Source of the DNA: Anthoceros angustus
Taxonomy: Eukaryota > Plantae > Anthocerotophyta
Assembly (NCBI GenBank): GCA_010909165.1
Contig: VJWM01000003.1
Location: forward strand, 186,001 to 250,000
DNA length: 64,000 nucleotides
Direction: 5' to 3'
Each line of letters starts with the position of its first letter. The stretch's first letter is position 1. This document shows, piece after piece, positions 12,885 through 24,500 of this stretch. A program made the position numbers and the translations under genes. The notes below the pieces were generated by a model. The model made no database searches, was not told where the DNA came from, and saw only the letters and a program-made list of their open reading frames with translations.

Positions 12885-14399
12885 CTCGTGTCCAGACTTC
12901 CGGATTATGTCAGTTTGTCTTGTAAGAAAAGGTGAAAGTTCTCCTGTCGGCCGGGAGTGTCTCTCGGTGCTAAACTGACTCACATCGGATTTCTAGTTAC
13001 TACTGGGCAGACCAATTTAGAATTCTTATTTAGCTACAATGTGTACAGGTCACGTCATCAACAGAGCCAGCAAGGTTACATTTCTTGGGAACAGATGGTT
13101 GGTATGTGACCCACGGCTTGTACAGAACTTGGTCACCATGGAAGAGAATCGTCCAGCCTTGTAGCGGGTGATCCTCGATCCACCAGTACGGACAAGTAGA
13201 TCCAGATGCTGCTGAGGACTGCTACATCTAGAACAGCACAAGAGGCAAAAAAGGATGATCCAGACGAGCACCCTTACGCATGGGTCAGAGACTATCAAAT
13301 GCAGGATCTGTACCCCCGTCTTCCGTAGCTACTGGTGAGCAGGGATTTAAAATTTGGGGGGCTCCACGAATTCGTAGCCATGGAAGCAGTTTAAAGTTGT
13401 GGATGCAGTGTGCCCTGGAGTGGTGTCCTGTGCCGACATCCTTACCTTGGCCACCCGCGACCTCGTCTGGCTCGTAAGCTGAATTCCTGTCTTGCATTCA
13501 TCGCTTTGCAATAGGAAGCCTTTGAATAACATCTGCTAACTGCAAGCAAGTGCTGTTCTGGACAACCTGCGTGCACGGTGCATGCATCATCTCTTCCTTC
13601 TCTTTCTGAGAGCTCTGCAGTTCGCCATCTGATGAGAATCACGTACACAAGCAACCCTGAAGGATACTTTCTGAAAAGCGAAAGAAGTGGCTACTGAGGG
13701 ATGAGGAATTCTGTAAAGCAGCTCTGAGAAATTTCACAGTCAACCTGCGGGGCGGAATGCTCGAATGGCCACCTAAACGTTTGGCACCCGCACGTATATT
13801 CTCTGATGGACTCTGAGTCCGGTGAATATATTTTCAATCCTATAACGGTGGACTGTCAAACAGATCGATCACAGAAGCAACTGCTGCAGGCAAGACCTTC
13901 AGGATTCATGAACACAATGATGAAGGCCGGCTGGTAGGGAGCGTTGTGTGTCCATGAAGGCATACTAGCTAGAGAGGTGAAGAAGTGATATTGCAGGCAA
14001 ATCTCGACATCTGGATTCAGCAATTGGTGCAGCATCTGGAGGGAGAGCATGACAACCGGATGTGGCCCGCGCTGTGTGTGCTAGTCCTAGCAGCGCTACA
14101 AAAACGGTCCATGGTTGAGCTCAACCCTGGAAACTCATTCCAAGCTTGAGCACATCCAGACCAGACTTCACTGCATTGCTACCTACTTCAAGCAAGCCCA
14201 GATCGTGGAGCATTCCTGATGGCCTCGGACATCTGAATCTCGCCCTCTCTAGATCAACAAGATTGTTTTGAAAACCCAAGTACGATCTTCGCAACATACA
14301 CATGTGTGTGCCCTGAGATCAAAAGATATCACCTACGACCCATCACAGAACGCAGCACAAACCTGTAGGAAGAAGGTGGAATTCCATCTTTACATCATC

Positions 14400-14980
14400 A
14401 GTAGTTAGTCTATGCGATTTCAAGCACCACCGTGTTTTGAATTTCCTTTGTTCTTGTTTGGTGATTCCAGAAGCCGTTGGCGGTTCTCCTGTTTGGTCGA
14501 AGGCGGACGACCGGTTGAGTAGTATCTGGTTGGTTTTGTGGTGGTGCCAGAGCAGGAGGCCTGCCAGTCAAGCTCGGCAAGCGCAACCGATTGTTCACAC
14601 ACCGATTACCGTCAAACCATAGCATCTGCAAGCGCAACCATAGCAAGGCGAGACTGTAGTGTGTGTGCCTACAGACGTAGGCTGTGTCCTTTGTACGGTA
14701 AGAAGCTGTATCGTGTAAGTTCCTAAGCACCACACCCTTGTGTATAACCTATCTTGTCCACGATTAGAACTAGTTTTGTGGGTTTCATCCACTGAACAGG
14801 GTTGCATTACTAAGACTTGACCAAAGGACTGAACTGCTTGTGCAGGACGATGAGAAGTCTATCTTCCCTAACGTCTAAGAGGCCCAAAGTCACTACGCTA
14901 AGGTGCATACCTCATTGTGTTCTAAATGTGGACAGTATAGAGGGGAGCAGTGTTCAGTCCTGCACGGCAGTGTGATTAGA
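14400..14980 (+). mobile_element. Degenerate LTR-retrotransposon (copia-like) remnant: LTR 3' end, short internal piece, PPT, LTR start
   Basis: ACTGAACA at 14791..14798 and its inverted match TGTTCAGT at 14951..14958. The latter is preceded by purine tract AGAGGGGAG. A DLTKGL-like copia tail lies at 14814..14831. Confidence 0.4.
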
Positions 14981-14983
14981 TGA

Positions 14984-15714
14984 TTAGATGTTTTGATTAG
15001 GATGAACAAACTCATACAGACTTAAGGCTGCCAAGTGCTGAAAATGTTTTGCTTTTGCTAGCCCTTTTGTAAAGATGTCTGCTTCGTTGTCATGTGTGCT
15101 CACGTATTCCACTTTGATCGTCCCCATCTCAGCCACATCCCTAATATAGTGGTGATAGAGTTCGATATGCTTTGTTCTAGCATGGAATCTTGGATTGGAT
15201 ACTAGAGCAATCGCACTCATATTATCACAAAACAACTTGGCAGGTCCTAATTGTGTCTGCTGTACAGATTCCAGGAATTGCCTTTGCCACTCACCTTCTT
15301 TGCAAGCATCAATATATAAGTGCCTTATACTCCACTTCTGTGGAGGAGAGCGCAAGTGAAGTCTGCTTCTTGCAGCTCCAACTGATAACACCATCTGCTA
15401 GTATGAAGAAGTATGCCGAGAGGCTCCTTCTAGTGTCAGAGTCTAAGGCCCAGTCAGCATCCGCGAAGGAGGTTAGTACTTGATGTGTATTCCAAGCCAT
15501 TGGAGATAGTGCCTTTCAAATATCGAAAGATGCATTTAACTGCTGCCCAATGGGCTCTACTTGGCTGCTGCACGAACTGTGAAACCATACTCACAGAGTA
15601 GCTGATATCTGGACAAGTCCAGTTAGCCAGGAAGATAAGATTACCCACAGCCTCAGCATAAGGTACGGCAATCATATCCTGCTTCTCTTGTGAAGTTTGT
15701 GGGGATAGAGCTAC
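14984..15714 (-). mobile_element. Ty1/copia RT C-terminus + RNase H, frameshifted pseudogene
   Basis: VPYAEAVGNLIFLANWTCPDISYSVS, FADADWALDSDTRRS, SWSCKKQTSLALSSTEVEY and CDNMSAIALVSNPRFHARTKHIE...ADIFTKGL, spread over three frames. Confidence 0.95.
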
Positions 15715-16548
15715 AAACATGATAATTTTTGAAGGGGGGGAATATAGTAACCCCCTTCAGTCGAGACAGCACCCCCTTGTCACGATGTACACCCTTCCTA
15801 CAACAACATATCTGCCCTACTTTGATAATGCACACACCCTTTCTGAGCCCATACCTTTGATAAAAGACGCACTTTCAAGTCTACACTCCAGAACTAGAGC
15901 ACAATAGAGTGTGGGCCCGTCTGTGTTTTTGTAGAATGCAGAGAGAGGGCTGCCATTTTCATATGTTTATTACAACCGAAAACTTTTACTTTCAAGTGGT
16001 GGAACACAATGAAAACAATCTCGTATTAGCGAGAGTCTTATTTCAGTGGTCGTGAGAACATTTCAACAAACAACTGCTAAAGGAGGAAGTGGTCATCAGT
16101 ATCGACAATAGTCATTCAAGAGTGCGGCGGCGACTCGCCCATGCCCATGCCGATCGAGTCAAAGACCACCACCAAATTCCGAAGGCGGTCCATACCCTCT
16201 GCGTCAAAGCTGTCATTCTCCTCCAATGCTTGCTCGTATTCATTAGTATAATTCTTGGGTTGAGCTTCGAACGGTGTCGACTGCCACACAACATTTAGGG
16301 TTTGCTGACCCTCATCCAAAAGCTCGCCTATCGTGGTCTTCAACCTTCTAGAACTCAATGCAACCACTTGGGCTTTAAGGCAATGCCAGCGTCCTTAAAA
16401 TGAACAAAATTGGTTGCCCATGCGCCCATGCGCCCATGCAAGCATCCTTAAAATCAACAAAGTTGAGTTACTTAGAAGGTGTAGGTTTTGAACTTACAAG
16501 ACTTTTGAGCCGCTAAATATTTATTTTCTTAAAGACGGCCTATGAGAG

Positions 16549-16810
16549 GGCGCCGGTCGGCCGGCGCCCATGGGCAGGGTGTGCTAAGGGGAAGGCGCCG
16601 GCCGCGCCCATGGGCAGTGTGCTAAGGGAGGCGCCGGCCGCCCATAGGCAAGGCGTGTTGGGGTGGGGTGCCGTGGCCGCGCCCATGGGCAGTGTGCTAA
16701 GGGAGGCGCCGGCCGCGCCCATGAGCAAGGCATGCCGGGAGGCGCCGGGCGCCTCCCTAGCTCCACCCATGCACGACGGTTGGTGCTAAGAGAGGGCGCC
16801 ACCATGGGTT
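16549..16810. repeat. GC-rich ~36-bp tandem repeat (GGCGCCGGCCGCGCCCATGGGCAGTGTGCTAAGGGA)
   Basis: About 5-6 degenerate units containing palindromic GGCGCC and CCCATGGG cores. Confidence 0.85.
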
Positions 16811-17523
16811 CATTCCTCCGCCCTCTCTTCCACCAAACCACTCCCTTTTATGCCTTCCAACCTGGGTGTAGAGTCCGGAGAGCATACTTCTTAATCCGCC
16901 GAGGGTCTACCACCCAGCTGCCGTCCTTTTCCCAAGGGTTCCGCCTCGTTGCTGCTCTCATCTCCAAACAAGGCACCTAGGCTCCATGTTGCCGCATTCT
17001 CCCCCAGCCCTTCTTCTCTTCCGACTCCCTCTGACTCCTCTGGTAGCCCTACTGCTTCAGGCGACTGGTGCACCACGTCACGGCCTTTAGGAGCTTCGCG
17101 TGGTAGTAGGCAAAATTTGAGTCCACCTGCTGGATGGCTTCTTCTCCTTGGGCCCGTAGGACCTGGTATTCCCGCCTCCACTGGTGCTCCGACAGTCGGG
17201 CGTGTTCTTCTGCTCGCTGGGCCATCTCATCCCTTAATCCTATCAATTGGGCTTGGGCGGCATCTCGAGAGGCCGTTAGGGACCAGCGACGTGGAATGCC
17301 CCACTAGCATATGTCAGCATAACTCTGACATCCGGTCAGGGCACACATATAATGCATGCGCCGCCCGGGCACCTGATTCCTGACGAGTGCCCAAATCATA
17401 CAATTCACGAGCCGGCCGTACGAAAGGAGGTACAAACCCTTAACCCACCATGGGGAGGTGACGTGTGGACACACGGGAGCACATGCCTTGAAAGGACAGC
17501 GAGATGGCGTGGGAAGCCCTTCC

Positions 17524-18608
17524 GAGGACGGATCCGAGGTCCGGCCTCCAGTGGCGGAGGGACCCATTGGTGCCCAAAAGGGCAGACCCAAGGACGATTC
17601 TCCATTTCGCCCACTCATCACCAGAGTTCAATCCTTCGTCATCACTTGGTCCAGCATCTCCAGCATTTTCATCACTATCTTCAGCGGCACTTTGACTCGC
17701 AGGCTATATGAAGCCGCGCAACTCGCAGAGCTTATCCCTTATCGCTTTTTTGTCCACCGCATACACATGTTTCCGCGCGTTCAACACAAACCCATAATAC
17801 AAGATGGTTGTTTCATTCACAAACACCTCCTGTATGTTTTTTGGGTAATGGACCTTATTCCCTTTTTCCTGATCGACTGCATGGGTTAGCACTCTGACGG
17901 ACTATGTATTCCTACACATATCTCCCTTCGTACGCATCTGTGTGCTCGGTCCGATACCAGAGAATAAGAAAGTGAGGTCGTGGTGCATCTAGCTTCACGT
18001 CAATGACTCTCCCCAATCCAGAATGGCCTATTATGCATGTCCATAGTGCACTGCCACAAACATCCTCTTCCGGATTTCCATTATGTCTCCATTTATCCAC
18101 GCCATTTTTACTGTTGCCTTCCGGCATTTTGATATGCCCCCAAGTACATATCACGCTGTGGGAGGTCCCTCAATAATGCCTCATCCAGCAAAGCTTCATC
18201 CGCCACTTGAAGTGGTCAGGCTGTATGATCCACTTCTGCATGTGAAAACCACTTCCAAGGAAGCTGTAGCACTAGCCCAATGTTATTCTCCACAATGATA
18301 GCAATCTCCTCTTGGTCCACCCAAAAGGCGTCCCACCACTTGTACTCTTCAACAGTCACCTATGGACGCAAATCTTTTAACCCTTCCTGCAAATGGGCCA
18401 CACCTTCCGTCGGTGATAGGATACATGCCGTTCCCTTCTTGTCCCCCCCCTAGCTTCACCCGCAGGCACCGTAGGATGGTGCTAAGGGATCCGCCCCCAA
18501 GATGTGAGAATGGACCCAGTTGTCCGGCCTCCGGAGTTGAGGACGGATCCAGAGGTCCGGCCTCCAGAGTGGCGGAGGGACCCATTGGTGCCCAAAGGAC
18601 AGACCCAA
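17524..18608. repeat. ~70-bp dispersed direct repeat (17524..17591 and 18539..18608)
   Basis: GAGGACGGATCC(A)GAGGTCCGGCCTCCAG(A)GTGGCGGAGGGACCCATTGGTGCCCAAA is present twice. Confidence 0.9.
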
Positions 18609-18699
18609 AAGCCTCAGGGCGAACAGACTTCGGTCCCTTCCGAGGACGGACTAGGAGATCACGGGACCAGCGGGGGGCATGAAACTCGGCGGTTGTCGG

Positions 18700-19734
18700 C
18701 CTGACACAGGAAGACCGGTGGTGATAGCTTATTAGGCACCTCCGGTGAGGCCCACCAGGCGGGAACCTGCCGCACGGTCGAGGATAATCAGTGGGCGCCT
18801 CGGGCGCTAGGGTTAGCTTGGGCGCCAGGGGAGTCACCGAGTCAACAAGAGCCTTGTCATAGACGTAGGTAGCTACGTGTAAGGATTCGGCGTCCCTCGC
18901 GCGTGTACAAGTACCTGGCAGTAGGGTCAGTCTTTGGGGTTGTAATAAAGGCACTACCTGAGAAGCAGTATAAGAGGCGGGTTGCTGCTCCCATAATGCG
19001 ATTTTCCTTTTAGGGTTGATACCGTGTTGTGTATACTGACTCCTGTGAGCCGAGTGCTAATATGAGGCCTGAGTCACCGAGCCGGCGAACTACTTCGGAG
19101 AGGTCTATCTAGGTTCTAGTGATGAACCCCCTAACGCGTGTAAGTGATTGCAGGTGCTGAGGAACCACGACCCTTGCTCCTCAATTAAGGGCGGGACGCG
19201 GGTGACAAGCGTAATGGAGCGGACAAGAGAAGCTGGACGGCCAGCGAGGGTGTGTAGAGCCCGGACCGGCCGAACCGCGCGGATGAAACGCGAAGGTGCT
19301 GCAACTCGGCCTTCAACGGAGCGCACGACCACAACATGAAGGACCGTTGAGTGCAAGCACGAGCAACGAGAGAGGAGTAGAAGGGAAGAGCCCGGACGGG
19401 GGTGAATACGAGGACGTGTACGAGTCCTTAAACGTTCGGCCATACCGGGTAATGGAACATAAAGGAAGGTGAGCGGAGGGTACAAGGTAGGAGATCCAGC
19501 GGTGGCGCTGAGCAACGATAGCGACCGGACTAGTGGGATCGCAAGAACGGTGAGGTCCACCACCCACCCTCGCAACCAAGGGGGTCCGGTGGTAAAGATC
19601 GGGTTGCGATAGTAGCCTAGATTAATTAGGGACCCAGGGTAGGTAAATAGTAAGTAAACGGAGCGAACCATTTCCTTGGGATCGAACCCCATACTACACG
19701 ATTCGGGATTAGTGTGCGCCCGGCTGGTCCGTCA
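18700..19734 (+). mobile_element. LTR-like sequence (Gypsy Athila/Tat-like), boundaries uncertain
   Basis: TATA-like TATAAGAG near 18969. The 3' end ...CCTTGGGATCGAACCCCATACTAC...GTGTGCGCCC...GTCA resembles Athila-type LTR ends. No TSD was found. Confidence 0.4.
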
Positions 19735-19910
19735 GTGAAAGTTCGTCCACACCTGCAATTCTACCTTGATATTCAGATTCTGCGGAATAGGGATTGGGGC
19801 ACGATTACTCTTCATCAGACAAAATACATCAAAGAGATACTAAAAAAGTTTAACCTGGATGGTGCCCATTTTGTAGCCACACCCTCAGCAGTGGGGGAGA
19901 AACTCAGTGT
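19735..19910 (+). mobile_element. Ty1/copia RT fragment (N-terminal partner of 14984..15714)
   Basis: FYLDIQILRNRDWGTITLHQTKYIKEILKKFNLDGAHFVATPSAVGEKLS. Confidence 0.9.
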
Positions 19911-20340
19911 AAACATCATAACTTTTGAAGGGGGTGAATAATCTCGAAGGGGGTTTTCCGTAAATAATCTCAAGGGGTTTTGATGGGTCAGAAAGCTTTT
20001 AAGGCATTCCGGAAACATCTCTGAAAAAAAGGGTGTCACCCACTAAAGTTCCTACTTTCCATCCAGCAATGTTTCTGTCGAATGGTGGTCGCAAACTCGA
20101 ACCTATGGGATTAATGCAAAGTAGGAACGGTAAGGAAGACCGTTCCTTCCGGGAAGGGACGACTGTAAATTCAGTTTTGGGAGGCCACTGAACCTCTATC
20201 GTATTTCTAGGCCAGGCGTATCATGGACGTTTTTTTTGACATCGTAAAAGTGACCCTTTAGTAATAGTGGAAGGGCTCCCAGGTATGCGAGAGTCCCTCT
20301 TGATTCTTAGGAACGGGCCTAAGTAGCCAGCGCCCCTGTT
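19911..20340 (+). mobile_element. Second end of the TIR element with subterminal AAGGGG(G)T repeats
   Basis: AAACATCATAACTTTTGAAGGGGGTGAATA at 19911..19940, followed by AATCTCGAAGGGGGTTTT and AATCTCAAGGGGTTTT. The inner boundary is approximate. Confidence 0.55.
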
Positions 20341-21509
20341 CTAGCACATGTTTCATGGTTTAACTAACCTTGTCTTGACTAGAGTTTGGCTAACTATGAT
20401 GAGTTGACCATAGGTTAGTCACTCACTCTAACTAACCTAATCTTCTAGCTAGCTGCCCTCATGCTTGTGGCTACCATCTATGCCGCCACGGGCCTCTGGC
20501 CAAAGATCAGCTGGCTCAGTGCAGTGTCCCTGCGATTGACTGTGTCCTTCACGGTTAAAGCTTGCATCAATCCGCTGTGACAGCCTTATTTTCAACACTC
20601 TTGGTTCCAAATAGAATCTTATTTTCATAGAGACACTTTTGATTGTTTTTTCAAAGAGACATTTTGGAAAAAGAGTCTCTTGCACATAACCACTTTGGTA
20701 CATGGCCGCTCTTGGTAAGGGTGCCAAAGCGGACACCTTATCATGTGTGATGAGATAAGACATTCGTACAGGATGCGCCAATATATTCTTATACATGCCT
20801 AGGTGAATATTCAGGTGGATTGGTTTTGATTGAATATTTAGTTTTCACTAATGCTCAGGTGCCATGGATCCTCCATTCCGACCAGAAATCCATGCCAAGA
20901 AGGTCCCTTTTGGAGCTGATGAAGGGGGACTGAGGAATCGCCCCATCGCCACTGCCCTGCTTTTCTGCTAGCGTCCATGTGCTTGGTGTGCTTGGATGTT
21001 CCTGGAGTTTCCTTGCTGCTGATTTTTTGTCTCATCACAGTCATGAGGTCTATAGGTTATGGTGTGTGTTTCATGTTTCTTAAACAGCATGATTGTACAC
21101 ACTCCACACTTGCTTTGGATGATGTATTTGTGGTATAATGTTCCATGACTAACCTGGATGAACTCATGCGCGATACATACAATGTGTTCTTTTAAAGGCT
21201 TTTTTGGTGACTTCCAAAGATGGTGGTTGCCACTTCTTGGCTAGTTACTTCTTAGTCTTTGTTCTGAACTCCTGTTGATTTTACATGCAATGTATTTCAT
21301 TTGCCCATCCACGATCACTTGCAGCTAGTTACCCCTGAATCTCGGGGCACCATAAAAAGTTTGAGCTGATTCCACCGAGTCATGCAAATCCTCAAACGGG
21401 GCACTTGGCAAGTCACTGTGGCTTGTATATATGCACATATACACATACATACGTATGTCACCTGAAAAGGATCGTGAAGCGCCAGCTGGACTTCGGCGGC
21501 GCGATCTCA

Positions 21510-24500
21510 CTACGAAGCGGTGGCGAGGGCGCGAGGCGATCTGAATCCCTGCTCAGCATCCTCTGCTGCGGCTTGCGCGGCTTCGAGCTCCTTGATCAGA
21601 TTGACGAGCAGCTGTTTGGTGGAGGAACTTTTGCTGCTGAGCAACTTCACCAGGTCCTGGGCTGCGGTGCTTGAGGCGCGGAGTTTGACGAGGGGTTTGA
21701 GCACGTTGGCCATCTGCAGCGAGCGGCACACCGATTTCGGATCCCGTGCTTGCTGCACGCAGTAGGTGAGGAGCTGCGCAGCCACCAGGCCATCCTTGTT
21801 GCCGAAATCCAGGGCCTGCGCTAGGGCTGGGAAGACGGGGGAAGTGCTGCTGACAATCTTGTCCCAGACTTTCTTGCGGGCAGAGCTGGGAATGATGGCC
21901 GGCTCTGTGAGGGAGAGCAGGATATTTAGGGCGTAGAACTTGAACTTGGAGTACTCTGCCGTCCTCTGCAGCACGGCGAGCACCAGATCCAGGCCGTCTT
22001 CCTTGAGCAACAAACGCTCCCTGCCGTTGCACTCCGGGGTCATGAACACTTCTAGGGCAACCACGGCGAAGTCTCTCGTCTCAGGAAGGGAGGTAGGGTT
22101 TCCCAAGACCTGCAGCAACGGCGTCACGGCTTCCTGCTGGCTCGAGCACATCACTCCCCTGAAGTCTGGAGAGTCTTGGCTCAGGTTATGCACGATGCGG
22201 ACGGCTGTGGTGGCGCTGGGATGTGATGGCGTCTGCAGTAGCTTGAGGAGGAGGTCGGGGAAGTAGTTTTCTGACAGCATGTCGGAGATGCATTTTGGAG
22301 GCAGGTCGTTGCTGCGGGAAACATGCCAGATGATCTCCAGCACCAGCTCCTGTAGCCTCCCTTCATTTCTGCAGAGGTCCTTTAGGTCAGGGATTTTGTG
22401 AGCCAAAGCCTGTGCAGCGCCGGCGTCGGGAGCTACCGCCTTGAGAGCCTCCATGGCCTGGACGCACAGGCACTTCTTCCCGACGTCCAGCAAAACATCT
22501 ACGTAACTGTCCTCTTGAGATGATTTTGAGGACAGAATATCCTTTCTGCAGGCATCGTCCAAGGATGCAAGCTTTGCCAGGCCCCGAGCTGCTGCCTCTG
22601 CTGCAGCGGGGTTTGATTCGCAACGTTTGACGATGTCCAAGAGAACTTTGATGGCCCCGTTCGTGGGTTTCACCACGCTTCGGCCTGTGTGAGGTTCGTC
22701 GCACAGCCTCAGAAATGCTTTCACCATGGCCAAATCCTTGGTGCTGGGTAACTTAAGTGCCATGGCTCTGACCCCTTCATCCAAGAGGGAGTCGCCTTGT
22801 GAGCAGGACACGTCGCTGGTGAGGAGCGCTGCCAGGGCAGTCCATATTGCTGGTGAGTGGATCCCTCCTGCCAGGGCGTTCTGGAAGAGTACTTGCCCTT
22901 GTGCCTGAATCACATACTGGTGACACTCCGGGTAGGTGCACAGAAGGGCCAAGCTTTCACACACCACTTTCAGTGATGGCCAGTCCAATGAATTCAGAGT
23001 GACCTGCACCAGCTCCTTCAGGACGTTCACACCAGAGTCTGAGGATTGCGGTCGGACAATCCAGTACACGGCCACCTCCACTGACCTGCAGATGAAGTGA
23101 GCCAGGGCTTCGGCTGCTTTGAATTTCTCTCTGTTCTCTACCGATGACAGAACATCACCCAGGTGGCTCATGCACCTGATCGTCAGGTCTTCAGCCTCTT
23201 CCCCACTGAAAATCATGCTCATGAGTCCACCTGCTGCGACCCTCCCTTCATCCGCCCTGCTGTCCTCCTGGACCTTGAAGAGCTCAACAAGTTTCTCCAG
23301 AGAAAGCCCTTCGGTCAGGCGTTGCTTCATATCGTCATTCGCAGTAGCAGGTTCGTCGGGTTTCTGTGTATTTGATGACCCTACTGTGCCATAGTCTCTT
23401 GCCTTCGATACTAGTCTCTCCAGCACGATGGCAGAATGCATTCTGCACGAAGGCTCCTGATTGCTCTGGACTATCGAGCACAGGGCGGTCACACCATCTG
23501 CTTTCACAAGCTGGGTTTGCCACTCGCTTTGCCACTCGTTCTGAGACATTGTAATATGAAGCATGATGTTCAACGTCACCATCCTGGCTTGGCTGGAGGC
23601 TCGTTTCCCCAGCAGAACATTCAACAGGCTTGCTGCAGAACCTTCATCTGGCTTCAAGGCCCAGACACAGACACCATGGGTGAAGAGGAATCTCACCAGA
23701 AGGATGGCATCGTCTAGCCCTTCAGACGGCTCGACTTTCCCTGTTGCTGCTGAGCTGATCAGTTCCAAGAGACTCCGGACAAAATTTTCAGCTTCCAACT
23801 TGGAACGCAGCAAAGGTTTTCCCCACACCTCCGCATCCGCATCCCCGCCTTTGCGCGTTGTCTCATCCGATATGCGAAGGAGAAGTTTCACAACTGCGTC
23901 CTTCCCAGCTTCTTCACAGCTCGCAAATCTTGAGATCAGGTTGGACACCTGCACCAAATGATGGACCACTTTCCCACATGACCCCAACAACGACGCCATC
24001 GCTACCACGGACTCCTCGAAGGCTATCCCCCGACTCACAAGCTTCGCAAGAGTCCCGATCAGCATTTCATTGCTAACCATGCTGGAATCATCCGTACTGT
24101 AAGCGACGTCTGCCAGACGGGAAAGACCCTTCCACCCGATGTACTTGCTCCCGATTGCAGATCCGGACTGGCCCGCCACAGCCAGACGGAAGAAGGCAGT
24201 GACCAAGCCAGCGAGTGACGTCCTGGCAAGGTAGAGACATTTCTCCGAACCATGGATGACATTGAACACCACCCTAGCTGCGAGGAGTCCCGAATTGTCC
24301 ATTCCCCCTGAGGCTCCTGCCATGTGAGCAACAAGTGCCTGCAACCGGTCAGCCTTGAGGAAATGAGGCCACACCGTACTCAGCTCCTCCACCGAAAGGC
24401 TGCACCCACTGGGATCAGCAGCCTCTGTCAGAGCCTCCAGAATCTGCAATGTGGGCTCCACCGTTATAGCACAGGTTGTCGACTCTGCGAACTCCAGTAT

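Larger units (their letters stand above)
15715..18700 (-). mobile_element. Unclassified TIR (DNA) transposon fragment: terminal 30-mer plus degraded ORFs
   Basis: Terminal motif AAACATGATAATTTTTGAAGGGGGGGAATA at 15715..15744 matches 19911..19940 at 27/30. Internal broken minus-strand ORFs lie at 16116..16367, 17049..17246 and 17630..18350. The inner boundary is approximate. Confidence 0.55.

Noticed and set aside
17895-19734. TGACGGAC...GTCCGTCA 8-bp inverted match as the ends of a 1.84-kb solo LTR
   Set aside because: The flanks (CACTC vs GTGAA) are not a TSD, and the left match lies inside a degraded ORF.
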